Shown: positions 30,593 to 40,887 of the stretch, in pieces
How the letters are laid out: every line of letters begins with the position of its first letter
Position numbering within the stretch: the stretch's first letter is position 1
Assembly (NCBI GenBank): GCA_963822585.1
Contig: CAWGIE010000026.1
Span: 388,994-452,993, forward strand
DNA: 64,000 bases
Reading direction: 5' to 3'
Source: an uncultured bacterium
Lineage (GTDB): Bacteria; Auribacterota; Erginobacteria; Erginobacterales; Erginobacteraceae
Notes under the pieces: generated by a model
The model's input: only the letters and a program-made list of their open reading frames with translations
What the model was told of the DNA's origin: nothing
Databases searched by the model: none
Translations under genes and position numbers: made by a program

Positions 30593-31079
30593 TAAATTAG
30601 CTCGCTGCGCTCACAAATTTATGTAGGATCGTCCTTCGCTCCGTGAAGGACTTGTAGTAGATGTAGTATCGCCTTGCCTACGACAAGGCTTGCCGAACTG
30701 CAAGCGGAGCGATCCTACAATTACTACAAAGAATGCCGAAGGCATTCTGATCCTGCAAGTCCTGTCGCGAAAGCGAAAGGACGATACTACACTAATGGAT
30801 TTCTCTTCCTTTGAAATTCCGAAGCAGTAAATTAGCGCCTTCAGCGCTCATTAATTTTTTTAGCAATGTCCGAAGATAAAATGGATGAGGTGATTATCCT
30901 TACAGTGAATAGCAGGTTATCAGCAAATCAGTGGGAAGAATACCAGGATATCAGGCAAGACCGGCTTCGCCGCCTGATCTTCTGATAGACTGATCCCCTT
31001 CCCTCTGATCCCCTGATCCGCTTTCGCGGCTCTTATTCACCCCCCACTGATTTTTTGCGCTGGTAAAATCCCGGCAGCA
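30593..31079 (+). mobile_element. Two head-to-tail units of the dispersed element (30593-30827; 30828 to about 31079)
   Basis: TAAATTAGCTCGC..., long stem, TTGAAATTCCGAAGCAG|TAAATTAGCGCC...; the second right end is degenerate (AAATCCCGGCAGCA). Confidence 0.65.
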
Positions 31080-31168
31080 TGGTGCCCTGTATTATTGACT
31101 CTATCATCATCGCTCCGGTTCAAAACTAACCAGGTTTTTCCCTGTTTGCCGGCCGGGAAAAAACCGCA

Positions 31169-32224
31169 TCATCGGGGATTGTCGCCCAGCTTTTCACGGA
31201 TCAGGTTCGCCCGGAGTGCGTCCCGTTCTTCCGGGGAAAGAACCCGACCGGCCACTTTCTGCAGATGCGCCGGCTGGGATTGAATAAAGACCTGATTCAC
31301 CGTCTTCCTGGTTATCGAATCCAGGACCCCGAGATCGACCCCCATCCGTAAGGCGGAGAGGAGTCCGATCGTTTCCTCGCTGGTAATCAGCCGGGCATTC
31401 CTGAGGATGCCCAGGGCTCGATAAATCCGATCCTGCAGCTTCAACAGCTGTCCATCCAGAAGAACCCGCCGGCCATTGCGCTCGTGGACAATAATCTTGC
31501 GGATAATCTTCTCCAGATCGTCCAGAATCTCCCGCTCGGATTTCCCGAGGGTGGACTGGTTCGAGATTTGAAAAATATTGCCCGCGGCCGGCGACCCCTC
31601 CCCGTAAAGGCCCCGGACTGCCAGACCCAATTTTCCCACCGCCTGGACGATCTTTCCGATCTGTTTATGCAGGACCAATGCCGGAAGATGCATCATGACC
31701 GATGCCCGCATGCCGGTGCCCACATTACTCGGACAGGAGGTAAGGTATCCGTATAGGGGGGAACATTCATAGGGGAGGACCTTCTCCAACTCGGTATCGA
31801 TCCTGTCTATTTCTTCCCAGCACCTGGTCAGGCACAACCCCGATCTGATCACCTGAATACGAAGATGATCCTCCTCATTAATCATCAGGCTGACAATCTC
31901 ATTCTTGTCGATGATCACGCCACCCTGGAGATCCGGGGAGAGTTCCCGGCTGATCAGATGTCTTTCCATCAAAAACTGCCGGTCCAGTTCGGGGAGTTCC
32001 TCAAGCTTCACGAACAGATAATCCGAGAGGGGCGCGGTCCGCTGAACGGCTTCGGCAATAACGGAAAACAGCTCCCGGCGCGTTTCCCGGCTCATTCTCC
32101 GGGGAAAATGATACCCCTTGATATTCCGCGCCAGACGCACCCGGCTGGAGAAGACGATCTCCGCCTCTGGCCCGTCCCCGGTTTGCCAGGGAGCTATATT
32201 CTCCAAGAAATATTCCAGTTCCAT
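31169..32224 (-). CDS. mcsB: Protein-arginine kinase McsB
   Basis: SSRVRLARN, INEEDHLR, GYLTSCPSNVGTG, FQISNQ. Confidence 0.95.
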   Translation of the reverse strand: MELEYFLENIAPWQTGDGPEAEIVFSSRVRLARNIKGYHFPRRMSRETRRELFSVIAEAVQRTAPLSDYLFVKLEELPELDRQFLMERHLISRELSPDLQGGVIIDKNEIVSLMINEEDHLRIQVIRSGLCLTRCWEEIDRIDTELEKVLPYECSPLYGYLTSCPSNVGTGMRASVMMHLPALVLHKQIGKIVQAVGKLGLAVRGLYGEGSPAAGNIFQISNQSTLGKSEREILDDLEKIIRKIIVHERNGRRVLLDGQLLKLQDRIYRALGILRNARLITSEETIGLLSALRMGVDLGVLDSITRKTVNQVFIQSQPAHLQKVAGRVLSPEERDALRANLIREKLGDNPR

Positions 32225-32226
32225 TA

Positions 32227-32392
32227 TAAATTAACGCCTCCGGCGCTAATTTAGTGAGTTATTCTATTTTATAATCAGGAGAAATTGTTAACGCTGTTTT
32301 AATTAGTTTAAAACCAACGGTTCACGTCAAAACGATAATTTTTACTCATTAGGGAAATTCCGAAACAGCGAGTCAGCGCCTCCGGCCCGAAT
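32227..32392 (+). mobile_element. Dispersed element unit (32227-32368) plus the stub of a second unit
   Basis: TAAATTAACGCCTCCGGCGCTAATTTA ... GAAATTCCGAAACAG|CGAG-TCAGCGCCTCCGG; interior homologous to 48415-48557. Confidence 0.7.
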
Positions 32393-32959
32393 TTAATCAT
32401 CATCCCGGGGGGATTCTAATTCTCGGACACGGTCGCGCAACTTCATCGCCGTCTCGTAATCCTCGGCGGCGACAGCGGCTCGGATCTGCTCCTGGAGACG
32501 CCTGACTTCGTCTCCCGGTCCCTGGTCTTTTCCACCGGGGTGCGCGGCCGCCGGTCCTTCCGCGGCCGATCCGGGACGCTGTTCCCCCTTCCCGGGACCG
32601 GCCGGCTCCATCCCGCGGGGCATCTTCCCGATATGGCGGGTGCCTTTATGAAGGTTTTTGATCAGCGGCTTCAGGCTTTTTTCGAACGTCAGGTAGCATT
32701 TCCCGCACCCGAGTCGACCCCCGGCGCGCAGTTCTTTTAATGAGAGACCGCAACAGGGACACGTGATGCTCTCGTCGTCATCCGTCCCCCGTCCGGCGGC
32801 GAATGTACTGATCAACTCGGAGACTGCATCAGCCGGCGTGAGGGCGATTCCTTTCTGCTTGGCACAGTCTTCACAGAGATGGAGCTCGATTACTTTATCG
32901 TCAACAATCTCGGTAAAGTGAACGGTGACATCATTCTTTTTACAATTCTGGCAAAGCAT
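32393..32959 (-). CDS. mcsA: McsA (CxxC and UVR domain) protein-arginine kinase activator
   Basis: CQNC, CEDC, CPCC, CGKC, HIGK, EDYETAMKLRD. Confidence 0.9.
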   Translation of the reverse strand: MLCQNCKKNDVTVHFTEIVDDKVIELHLCEDCAKQKGIALTPADAVSELISTFAAGRGTDDDESITCPCCGLSLKELRAGGRLGCGKCYLTFEKSLKPLIKNLHKGTRHIGKMPRGMEPAGPGKGEQRPGSAAEGPAAAHPGGKDQGPGDEVRRLQEQIRAAVAAEDYETAMKLRDRVRELESPRDDD

Positions 32960-32972
32960 AGTCAAAAAAACC

Positions 32973-33066
32973 GGAGTACTGGAATAATGGAGTACGGGAA
33001 TGGTGGAGACCGAACCGCCGGGGGCCGGTTACCCATTACTCCACCACTCCCTTACTCCATCACTCC
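32973..33066. repeat. 8-mer tandem-repeat hairpin (GGAGTANT)n ... (ANTACTCC)n
   Basis: Inverted arrays of degenerate 8-mers; the same family occurs at 39202, 44087, 54511 and 55611. Confidence 0.75.
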
Positions 33067-33071
33067 TGCTT

Positions 33072-33941
33072 TTATTCTACCGGTGCCCCCTCTTCCCTGG
33101 TCAGGCGGTGATATGACTCCATCAGTTCCCTGGTCATCTTACCCGGCTTCCCGTCCCCGATAACCCGGCCGTCCACCTTGATGACCGGGATAATCTCTGC
33201 TCCGGTGCCGGTCAGGAAACATTCGTCGGCGATGAAAAGATCATGCCGTGTCATCACCACCGGCTTGACCGCGATTCCTTTCTCCCGAGCCATTTGAATC
33301 ACGGTATTGCGGGTTATTCCCTCCAGAACCCCCATGCTGATCGAGGGAGTTAAAATTGTTCCCTTGCGGATGGCGAAGATATTGTCCCCCGCGCATTCCG
33401 AGACCAGCCCGAATGAATTCAGCATGACCGCTTCTTCCACCCCGGCATTGATGGCCTCGATTTTCGCCAGAATGTTGTTAAGATAATTGAGAGACTTAAT
33501 CCGGGGGTTGACCGCTTCCGGTAAATTTCTCTGGGTGGCGACCGTGATCACGGCCAAGCCTTTCTGGTAGAGTTCCCGCGGATAGAGGGCGATCTGGTCA
33601 ACAATAATGATAACGGACGGCGTACCGCAGGTGTAAGGGTTCAACCCCAGGTTGCCGATCCCCCGGGTGATCAGCAGCCGGATATAGGCATCGGGCAACT
33701 TGTTGCGGCGAACCGCCTCCAGGACGGCTCTCTTCAATTCCGGAAACTGAAGCGGGATGGTCAGGTCGATCGCCTTGGCCGACTCATAGAGTCTTTCCAG
33801 ATGCTCGTCGAGTCGAAAGACCTTGTTCGCATAGACCCTGATCCCCTCGAAAACACCGTCTCCATAGAGAAGACCGTGATCGAAAACGGAAATCCGGGCA
33901 TCGTCTTTATCGCAGTATTTTCCATCGATATAGATCTGCAT
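33072..33941 (-). CDS. ilvE: Branched-chain amino acid aminotransferase
   Basis: DHGLLYGDGVFEG, KSLNY, LEGITR, FLTGTGAE. Confidence 0.95.
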   Translation of the reverse strand: MQIYIDGKYCDKDDARISVFDHGLLYGDGVFEGIRVYANKVFRLDEHLERLYESAKAIDLTIPLQFPELKRAVLEAVRRNKLPDAYIRLLITRGIGNLGLNPYTCGTPSVIIIVDQIALYPRELYQKGLAVITVATQRNLPEAVNPRIKSLNYLNNILAKIEAINAGVEEAVMLNSFGLVSECAGDNIFAIRKGTILTPSISMGVLEGITRNTVIQMAREKGIAVKPVVMTRHDLFIADECFLTGTGAEIIPVIKVDGRVIGDGKPGKMTRELMESYHRLTREEGAPVE

Positions 33942-33960
33942 ACAATCCCCCTTGATTTAA

Positions 33961-34250
33961 TAAATTAGCTCGCGCAGTCTACCCCGATAAAATCGGGGCT
34001 CGCAAATTTATGTAGGATCGTCCTTCACTTCGTTCAGGACTTGCAGTAGATGTAGTAAATGTAGTATCGCCTTGCCGGAGGCAAGGCTTGCCGAACTGCA
34101 AGCGAAGCGATCCTACAATTACTACGAAGAATGCCGAAGGCTTTCTGATCCTACAAGTCCTGTCACAGACCCTGAGCTTGCCGAAGGGCCGCAAAGCGAT
34201 ACGGACGATACTACACTAATCAATTTCTCTTTGTTAAAATTCCGCAACAG
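33961..34250 (+). mobile_element. Dispersed element unit with nested mini-palindrome insertions
   Basis: Homologous to 30593-30827 along its length; ends AAAATTCCGCAACAG|CCAG-TTAC. Confidence 0.7.
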
Positions 34251-34275
34251 CCAGTTACATAAACTTCGGCTCTCT

Positions 34276-34998
34276 TCAGTTGCTTCCATCCTCCAGAAGG
34301 CCGTCCCGGATCCGGATGATCCGGGGGGCCCAGTCCGCTACCTGCTGATCGTGTGAAACCAGAACCAGCGTCTTCCCCGTTTCGGAATGCAGTTTCTCGA
34401 ATAAATTCAGCAGCTCGAGGCCGGCCCGGGAATCAAGGTTCCCGGTCGGCTCGTCAGCCAGTATCAGACAGGGATCGTTGGATAACGCCCGGGCGATGGC
34501 CACCCGCTGCTGTTCCCCGCCGGATAACTGGGAAGGATAATGATCCATTCGGTCGGCCAGATCGACCTGCTCCAGCAGGTGAGCGGCCCGCTCCCGCAGG
34601 CGGCTCTCGCCGCCCCGGCCCCGGATCCGGCAGGGGATGGCCACGTTTTCCCAGGCTTTGAACTCGGGCAGAAGATGGAAAAATTGAAAGACAAAACCGA
34701 TCTTCTCGCTCCGCAGCCGGGCGCGGGCTTTTTTCCCCAGCAGAGAGAGATCCTTGCCCGCCAAAATAACGCGCCCGCTGGTCGGAGTGTCGAGCGCCCC
34801 CAGGATATGAAGGAGGGTGCTCTTCCCCGCCCCGGAAGGGCCGACCATGACGACAATCTCCTGTTCTTTAACCGCCAGGTCGACCCCTTTCAATACCGGC
34901 AGCTCCAGCTTCCCGACCCGGTATTTTTTCGTAACACCCTCGGCGACAAGGAGAAATTTGTTTATTTCCCGATTCACACTATGCTCCAGAATATTCAT
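34276..34998 (-). CDS. lolD: Lipoprotein-releasing ABC transporter ATP-binding protein
   Basis: [32 protein letters not shown]; follows lolC/E. Confidence 0.85.
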   Translation of the reverse strand: MNILEHSVNREINKFLLVAEGVTKKYRVGKLELPVLKGVDLAVKEQEIVVMVGPSGAGKSTLLHILGALDTPTSGRVILAGKDLSLLGKKARARLRSEKIGFVFQFFHLLPEFKAWENVAIPCRIRGRGGESRLRERAAHLLEQVDLADRMDHYPSQLSGGEQQRVAIARALSNDPCLILADEPTGNLDSRAGLELLNLFEKLHSETGKTLVLVSHDQQVADWAPRIIRIRDGLLEDGSN

Positions 34999-35041
34999 TC
35001 AACGTCGAACGTTTAACGTTGAACGTTCAACGTGCAATCTT

Positions 35042-36277
35042 CTACTCGTATCGCAGGGCTTCGACCGGCTCCAGTCGGGCCGCCCGCCAGGCCGGATAGA
35101 GTGAGGCCAGAATACTGATCAACAACGCGCAGCCCGCGATGATCGCCGTTTCCGCAGGGTTGATCCGCGCCGGGATGCTTTCGAAGTAGTAAACATCCGG
35201 AGGAAAGACCTCAATCCCGAAATAGGCGGAGATAAAATTCGCTACGTGATTAATCTGGTCGATCAGGAGCAACCCGGCGCCGCAGCCGATCAGGGTTCCG
35301 ATGAGACCGATCAGCGTCCCCTGCAGGGTGAATATTTTTCTGATGGTCGCTTCGGTGGCCCCCAACGATTTGAAAATGCCGATGGCCTTCGTTTTCTCCT
35401 TGACGGAAACGATCAGGGTACTGGCGATGTTCAGCGATGCCACCACGGTAATCAGCATGACGATAATAAACATCAGGTTCTTTTCCACCCGAATAGCGGA
35501 AAAAAGAGGTTTGTTCAGTTCCATCCAACTGCGCACGTGGTATCGCGGGGCGGAGAGAAATTTCGCGATCTCCTCCTTCACTGCCTGAGCATACTCAACG
35601 TCGTCGATCTTGATGCTCAGGCCGTTCACGCCGTCACCCATCCCGAAGAGTTTCTGGGCGGCGGGGAGGCTGACATAGGCCAGTTCCAGATCATACTGGG
35701 CCATCCCTGATTTAAAGATGCCGCAGATGGTAAACTTTTCTCTCCGGGCGCCGGCGGCGCCGGGGAGCAGGCCTTCACCGGGAGAAACCACGATTACCGT
35801 ATCCCCGGGGCGCAGTCCGCCGAGCCGCGCGAACTGGGCTCCGACCAGGATCCCGTCATCCCCGAAAGGGAGTGTTCCGTCCTGCAGGTAACGGCCCAGA
35901 TTGCTCACCCCCGTCTCCTTTTCCGGAACGATCCCGCGCAGGTTGACGCCGAGGGCGCGGGTTCTGGTCCTGATGATGACCTGACCGGCCACGAAAGGGG
36001 CCACCGCTTTCACCCGGGGAACCGCCAGGAGGGTCTCCATCTCTTTCGGGTAATCGTAGATCAGGCTCCCCGACGTTACCACCACGTTGCCGTAGATCCC
36101 CAGAAACTTGTCTTTCAGTTCCCGGTCGAATCCGCTCATGACCGACATTACCACCATCAGGGTCATCACCCCCACCGCCACTCCGGCTATGGAGATAACG
36201 GTGATCAGGGAAACGAAGGACTCCTTCCCCCGGAAGCGAAGAAAACGAAGGCCTGTCCAGACCGCGAACGGAAGCAT
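35042..36277 (-). CDS. Lipoprotein-releasing ABC transporter permease (LolC/E family)
   Basis: VMSVMSGF, W..LN..LFSAI..EK, YPAWRAARLEPVEALRYE. Confidence 0.9.
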   Translation of the reverse strand: MLPFAVWTGLRFLRFRGKESFVSLITVISIAGVAVGVMTLMVVMSVMSGFDRELKDKFLGIYGNVVVTSGSLIYDYPKEMETLLAVPRVKAVAPFVAGQVIIRTRTRALGVNLRGIVPEKETGVSNLGRYLQDGTLPFGDDGILVGAQFARLGGLRPGDTVIVVSPGEGLLPGAAGARREKFTICGIFKSGMAQYDLELAYVSLPAAQKLFGMGDGVNGLSIKIDDVEYAQAVKEEIAKFLSAPRYHVRSWMELNKPLFSAIRVEKNLMFIIVMLITVVASLNIASTLIVSVKEKTKAIGIFKSLGATEATIRKIFTLQGTLIGLIGTLIGCGAGLLLIDQINHVANFISAYFGIEVFPPDVYYFESIPARINPAETAIIAGCALLISILASLYPAWRAARLEPVEALRYE

Positions 36278-36349
36278 GAGAAAAGTTTAAAGTTTAAAGT
36301 TTAAAGTTATAAGCCGAGAGGAAAAAATCTGGAGTCTGACTCCTGCCTT

Positions 36350-37801
36350 TTATTCATCCTTCGGTCTTAACTGGGGGAAGAGGATCACGTCCCGGATGCT
36401 GGAGGAACCGGTCAGAAGCATGATCAATCGATCGATCCCGATACCCGTCCCTCCCGCCGGAGGCATCCCGGTTTCCATGGCGGAGAGAAAATCTTCATCG
36501 ATCCGATCCCCCATATCCTGGTCTTTCGTCGGACGGGACGCGGCCTGTTCCTCAAAACGTCGCCGCTGCTCGAGGGGATCGTTCAGTTCGGAGTAACCCG
36601 GGGCGATTTCGGAACCGTTGATGACCAGCTCAAACACGTCCACCACGCTCGGATCGTCTTCCCGGCGGCGGGCCAGCGGCACCAGTTCGGCCGGCAAATC
36701 AAGAACAAAGGTCGGCTGGATCAGTTCCGGCTCAACGCATTTTTCGTATATTTCGTGAGTGATTTCAAGCGGAGACATCGCGGCGGATATCTCCAGTTCC
36801 CGGCCGGAGGCGACGGAGGCCATCTCCGCGGGAGTACGGGAGAACCAGTCCGGCATCTGAAGATACTCCGTAATCAAATCCCGGTAGCTGATCCGCTTCC
36901 ATGGCCGCGTCAGATCGATCGCGCTATCTCCCTGATCCAGAAGGAGGCTCCCTCGGATGCTTTCGGCGACCGAGGTGATCAGCGATTCCACCAGCTCCAT
37001 CATGGTCCGGCAATCTCCGTAAGCCTCATATATTTCCAGCATGGTAAATTCCGGATTATGCTTCCGGGAGAGCCCCTCATTCCGGAAATTCCTGTTCAAC
37101 TCGAATATCTTCTCGAATCCGCCGATCAGCAGTCTTTTCAGATACAACTCCGGCGCGATCCGGAGAAACATTTTCGCGTTCAGGGCCGAATAGAAGGTCT
37201 GAAAGGGCCGGGCGGCGGCGCCGCCGGCAAGAGGCTGCATCATCGGGGTCTCCACTTCCAGAAATCCCCTCTCTTCCAGGAAGGAGCGGATCTCGCGGAG
37301 AATCCGGGAACGGTTCATGAACAACGCGAAAACATCTTCATTCACGATCAGATCAAGATAGCGCCGCCGATAGCGTAGTTCCTGATCCTTCAATCCATGC
37401 CATTTTTCGGGCAACGGCTGGAGCGCCTTGCTCAGGAATACCAGCTTCTTCCCCAGAACACTGATCTCCCCCTGCCTGGTCGTAAAGAGAGTCCCCTGGA
37501 CGCCCACGATATCCCCGAGGTCAAGCAAATTGACGTTCCCGAACTCCGTCTCCCCCAGCACATCCCGCCGCAGGTAAAGCTGCAGCTTCCCGCTGGAGTC
37601 GCGCAGATCGGCAAATACGGACTTTCCGTGCCCCCGGATCGCGGTCAGACGGCCGGCCACCGCCACCTCTCTTCCTTCGCGGTACCGGTCCCGACAGTCC
37701 CCGGCCGCGTCCCGGCGGTCAAAATGACCGCCATATGGATTGATGCCGCGGGCGACCAGTTCCTGCAGTTTTTTCAAACGCTGTTCTTTTAAGTCATCCA
37801 T
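36350..37801 (-). CDS. lysS: Lysine--tRNA ligase (class II)
   Basis: PLPEKWHGL, RIAPELYLK, FRNEG, HNPEF, GMPPAGG, GIGIDRL. Confidence 0.97.
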   Translation of the reverse strand: MDDLKEQRLKKLQELVARGINPYGGHFDRRDAAGDCRDRYREGREVAVAGRLTAIRGHGKSVFADLRDSSGKLQLYLRRDVLGETEFGNVNLLDLGDIVGVQGTLFTTRQGEISVLGKKLVFLSKALQPLPEKWHGLKDQELRYRRRYLDLIVNEDVFALFMNRSRILREIRSFLEERGFLEVETPMMQPLAGGAAARPFQTFYSALNAKMFLRIAPELYLKRLLIGGFEKIFELNRNFRNEGLSRKHNPEFTMLEIYEAYGDCRTMMELVESLITSVAESIRGSLLLDQGDSAIDLTRPWKRISYRDLITEYLQMPDWFSRTPAEMASVASGRELEISAAMSPLEITHEIYEKCVEPELIQPTFVLDLPAELVPLARRREDDPSVVDVFELVINGSEIAPGYSELNDPLEQRRRFEEQAASRPTKDQDMGDRIDEDFLSAMETGMPPAGGTGIGIDRLIMLLTGSSSIRDVILFPQLRPKDE

Positions 37802-37803
37802 AA

Positions 37804-37872
37804 TAAATTAGCTCCCTTCGGTCGCTAATTTATGTGAGCCCCCCGATTGCATCAATCGGGGGGCTTGCACAT
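37804..37872 (+). repeat. Left end of the dispersed element abutting the lysS start
   Basis: TAAATTAGCTCCC-TTC-GGTCGCTAATTTA followed by a second hairpin; right end not recognised. Confidence 0.6.
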
Positions 37873-38034
37873 AACAAAATATTTTCGCCGAGGCGGCATG
37901 ATAGGAAAGCCCTGTAACCTCAGCCACCATTCATATCATTGCACAAAAAGAAAATATCATCAACAACGTACTGCACTGCTCCCGGGGCCAGCTCCGACAG
38001 TGGTAAAAAATACCCCAATCACTCGGACAGGCCC

Positions 38035-39133
38035 CTAGGACGATGAAGAGTTTACTCTCAGGTACTCAAGAATGAACTGGTCGAGATCTCCGTCCATGAC
38101 TCCTCTGATATTACCGACCGAGAGCCCGGTGCGATGATCCTTGACCATTGAGTAGGGGTGAAAGACGTACGAACGGATCTGGCTCCCCCATTCGATCTTC
38201 TTCTGCTCATCGTAATGTTCGGCCATTTGTTTTTTCCGTTCCTCCAGCTCCAGTTGGTAAAGCCGGGACTTCAGAACCTTCATCGCCAGCGCGCGGTTCT
38301 TATGCTGAGAGCGTTCATTCTGGCATTGAACGACGATACCCGTAGGAAGATGCGTTATCCGTACCGCGGAGTCGGTCACGTTCACGTGCTGACCGCCGGC
38401 ACCGGAGGAGCGGTAGGTGTCGGTCCTGAGATCCTTCTCTTCAATCTCCACCTCAATGTCATCACCCAACTCCGGGACCAGGTCAACCGAAGCGAAAGAT
38501 GTGTGCCTCCGTTGGTTGGAATCGAAGGGCGATATCCTGACCAGCCGATGAACACCCCGCTCGGCTTTCAGAAACCCGAAGGCATACCGGCCGGTTATCA
38601 TCGCGGTCATGCTCTTGATCCCCGCTTCTTCACCGGGCGTCATGCTCAGTATCCGCACCGAGTATCCTTTCTGCTCGCACCAGCGAGTATACATTCTCCA
38701 GAGCATTTCCGCCCAATCGCAGGACTCGGTCCCCCCGGCGCCGGCCTGGATGGAAAAAATGGCGTTTTTGGCGTCCTCCGGCCGGGAGAGCATGGCACTG
38801 AATTCAAGACGATTCAGATCCCTTTCCAGATTCTGAAGTTCTGTTTCGATTTCACCGGCCAGACTCTCATCATCGCCGGCCATCTCGACGATCTCTTCCA
38901 GATCGTTCAGTTCAGAATCAAAAGCGGCCCACGGTTCGACAAGCTCCCTGCCGTCTTTCAATTCCTCAACGGCGGCTTGAGCCCGCTCGCGGTTATTCCA
39001 GAAACCGGGACGGGACATCTCCTCCTCCAGTTCGCTCAGCTTTTTTGTCAGCATCTCCAGGTCAAAGATACCCCCGCATCCGGGCATAACGCTCCTTGAT
39101 ATCCCGGAGCCGGTCATGAATTTCTTCGGACAT
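38035..39133 (-). CDS. prfB: Peptide chain release factor 2 with programmed +1 frameshift
   Basis: ATG 39133 gives MSEEIHDRLRDIKERYARMRGYL, then CTT TGA C at 39067-39061 with an SD-like GGGGG just upstream; SPF and GGQ motifs downstream. Confidence 0.96.
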
Positions 39134-39201
39134 GGTTAACCTCCCGGTTAAATACCGTGTACATCACCCATCTTTACATCAAAGACGTACAATTACAATA
39201 A

Positions 39202-39274
39202 GGAGTAATGGAGTGATGGAATGATGAATGCCCGATTCCGCCGATACTCCACTACTCCAGTACTCCAACACTCC
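39202..39274. repeat. 8-mer tandem-repeat hairpin
   Basis: GGAGTAATGGAGTGATGG ... ATACTCCACTACTCCAGTACTCCAACACTCC. Confidence 0.75.
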
Positions 39275-39281
39275 TCTCTAA

Positions 39282-40847
39282 CTATATTACTTTCCTTCGC
39301 CCGGGTACCAGTACCGAGCCAACGGATGCCGTCAGGGAAAACACCACGCACAGCCAGCTGAAAACATCTCCCTGCCTGGTGTAAAATGAACCGGAACGTC
39401 CGGGATATATGACCACTGTACGCCAATCCGACACGAAAAGGCGCTCTCCCTCATCATCGATCACCTCCCCCACCACTTTCCCCCAGGGATCGATGACGCA
39501 GGAATATCCGGTATTGGTAGCACGGGCCAGGTAAGCCCTGTTCTCAACCGCCCGGAAGACGGAGGCGTATGCGTGCTGGAAAGGGGCGACCGTTCTTCCG
39601 TACCAGGCGTCGTTGGTAATATTGACCAGGAGGGAGGCTCCCCGGCCAACCATCGTCCTCGCTAAATCGGGAAAGATATCTTCAAAACAAATCAGGACCC
39701 CCATTTCGATACCCCCGGCCGGGTCACTCGGCGAGGGCGTTATTCTAAAAAGACGGATCCCTTCCCCGGCCGAAAAATCATCTTCCCAGGGGACCACGCG
39801 GCTCAGGAACGGAAAAAACCGCTTCAGGGGGGTATACTCCCCGAAAGGGACAAGATGGACCTTGTCATACCGTCCCCAGGGGACGGGCCCCGGACTGAAG
39901 AAATACGCGCTGTTGTAAAACCGGTGGGGAACGGACGGTGTTCGGTAGTCTCCCCCCAGGAGCAGATACGTTTTTCCCTCGGCGGCCAGGCGGCCGAGCA
40001 AACGCTGAACATTCTTCTGTTCTTCCAGATAAAACGGAAGGGCCGATTCCGGCCAGATGATCAGGTCGGGGGCGCCGGCCAGGGCCTGACGGCTCAGATT
40101 GAGATACGTCTGGAAATGAGACGCCGCCCGGGAAGGGTCCCATTTCAACTCCTGGAGGATGCCGCCCTGGACCAGAGTCACTTTCAGGGGCGCTTCGGGA
40201 AAAGGTTGTTTCCTCCCGGTCCGCAGAGTCCGATATCCCCACACCCAGACGCCCCCGATCACCAGCGCCGTCAGCAGTACCGGGCCCCACCGGCCAAAAG
40301 GCCTCTTTGGGATGCCGGCCGATCTCCGGAAAGAAAGGATCCATCCGGCCAGGCCCGCATTGGCCAAAACCACCAGGAAGGTGACCCCATATACTCCGGT
40401 GACCGAAGCAATCTGGATCAGAGGCAGGCTGCGGGCCTGGCTGACCCCCAGCAGGTTCCAGGGGAAACCGGTCAGGAGATACGTGCGCAGATACTCCAGG
40501 GCCGTCCAGCCGGCGGGCGCCCCCCACCAGATCCAGCCCGGGCGCCGGGAGGACAACCAGCTGATCCACCCGCCCCAGACGGCCGGATAAAGCGCAAGAT
40601 AACACCCGAGAACACCATAGCCGGGAGCGGTGACCCGGGCCAGCCAGTATATCCCCCCGTAACCGTAGACGGCCCCGGCCAGCCAGCCCAGCACTGCCCC
40701 CTCCCGGGGACGAAGGCCGTTCAGGGTTATCATCAACGGGACGAGAGCGACCCAGGCCAGCGGGGCCAGTGAAAAGTCAAGAAAAGGGCCGGTCAGCAGC
40801 AGACCGCTCAACAATGCCAGGCCGATATCTCTTGGTTTAATGTGCAA
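39282..40847 (-). CDS. lnt: Apolipoprotein N-acyltransferase
   Basis: GFPW, WPES, KVHLVPFGEY, ICFE, TNDAW, RAVEN. Confidence 0.95.
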   Translation of the reverse strand: MHIKPRDIGLALLSGLLLTGPFLDFSLAPLAWVALVPLMITLNGLRPREGAVLGWLAGAVYGYGGIYWLARVTAPGYGVLGCYLALYPAVWGGWISWLSSRRPGWIWWGAPAGWTALEYLRTYLLTGFPWNLLGVSQARSLPLIQIASVTGVYGVTFLVVLANAGLAGWILSFRRSAGIPKRPFGRWGPVLLTALVIGGVWVWGYRTLRTGRKQPFPEAPLKVTLVQGGILQELKWDPSRAASHFQTYLNLSRQALAGAPDLIIWPESALPFYLEEQKNVQRLLGRLAAEGKTYLLLGGDYRTPSVPHRFYNSAYFFSPGPVPWGRYDKVHLVPFGEYTPLKRFFPFLSRVVPWEDDFSAGEGIRLFRITPSPSDPAGGIEMGVLICFEDIFPDLARTMVGRGASLLVNITNDAWYGRTVAPFQHAYASVFRAVENRAYLARATNTGYSCVIDPWGKVVGEVIDDEGERLFVSDWRTVVIYPGRSGSFYTRQGDVFSWLCVVFSLTASVGSVLVPGRRKVI

Positions 40848-40887
40848 GGGGAAATCTCACCGGCGAATACATTTCGCGGAGGAATAT

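Noticed and set aside
32227..32392. Dispersed elements as canonical solitary attC sites
   Set aside because: They start with a GTTAGC-like core, but about 18 unpaired nt (GAAATTCCGAAACAG) lie between the stem and the next core, which does not fit attC L/R box spacing.
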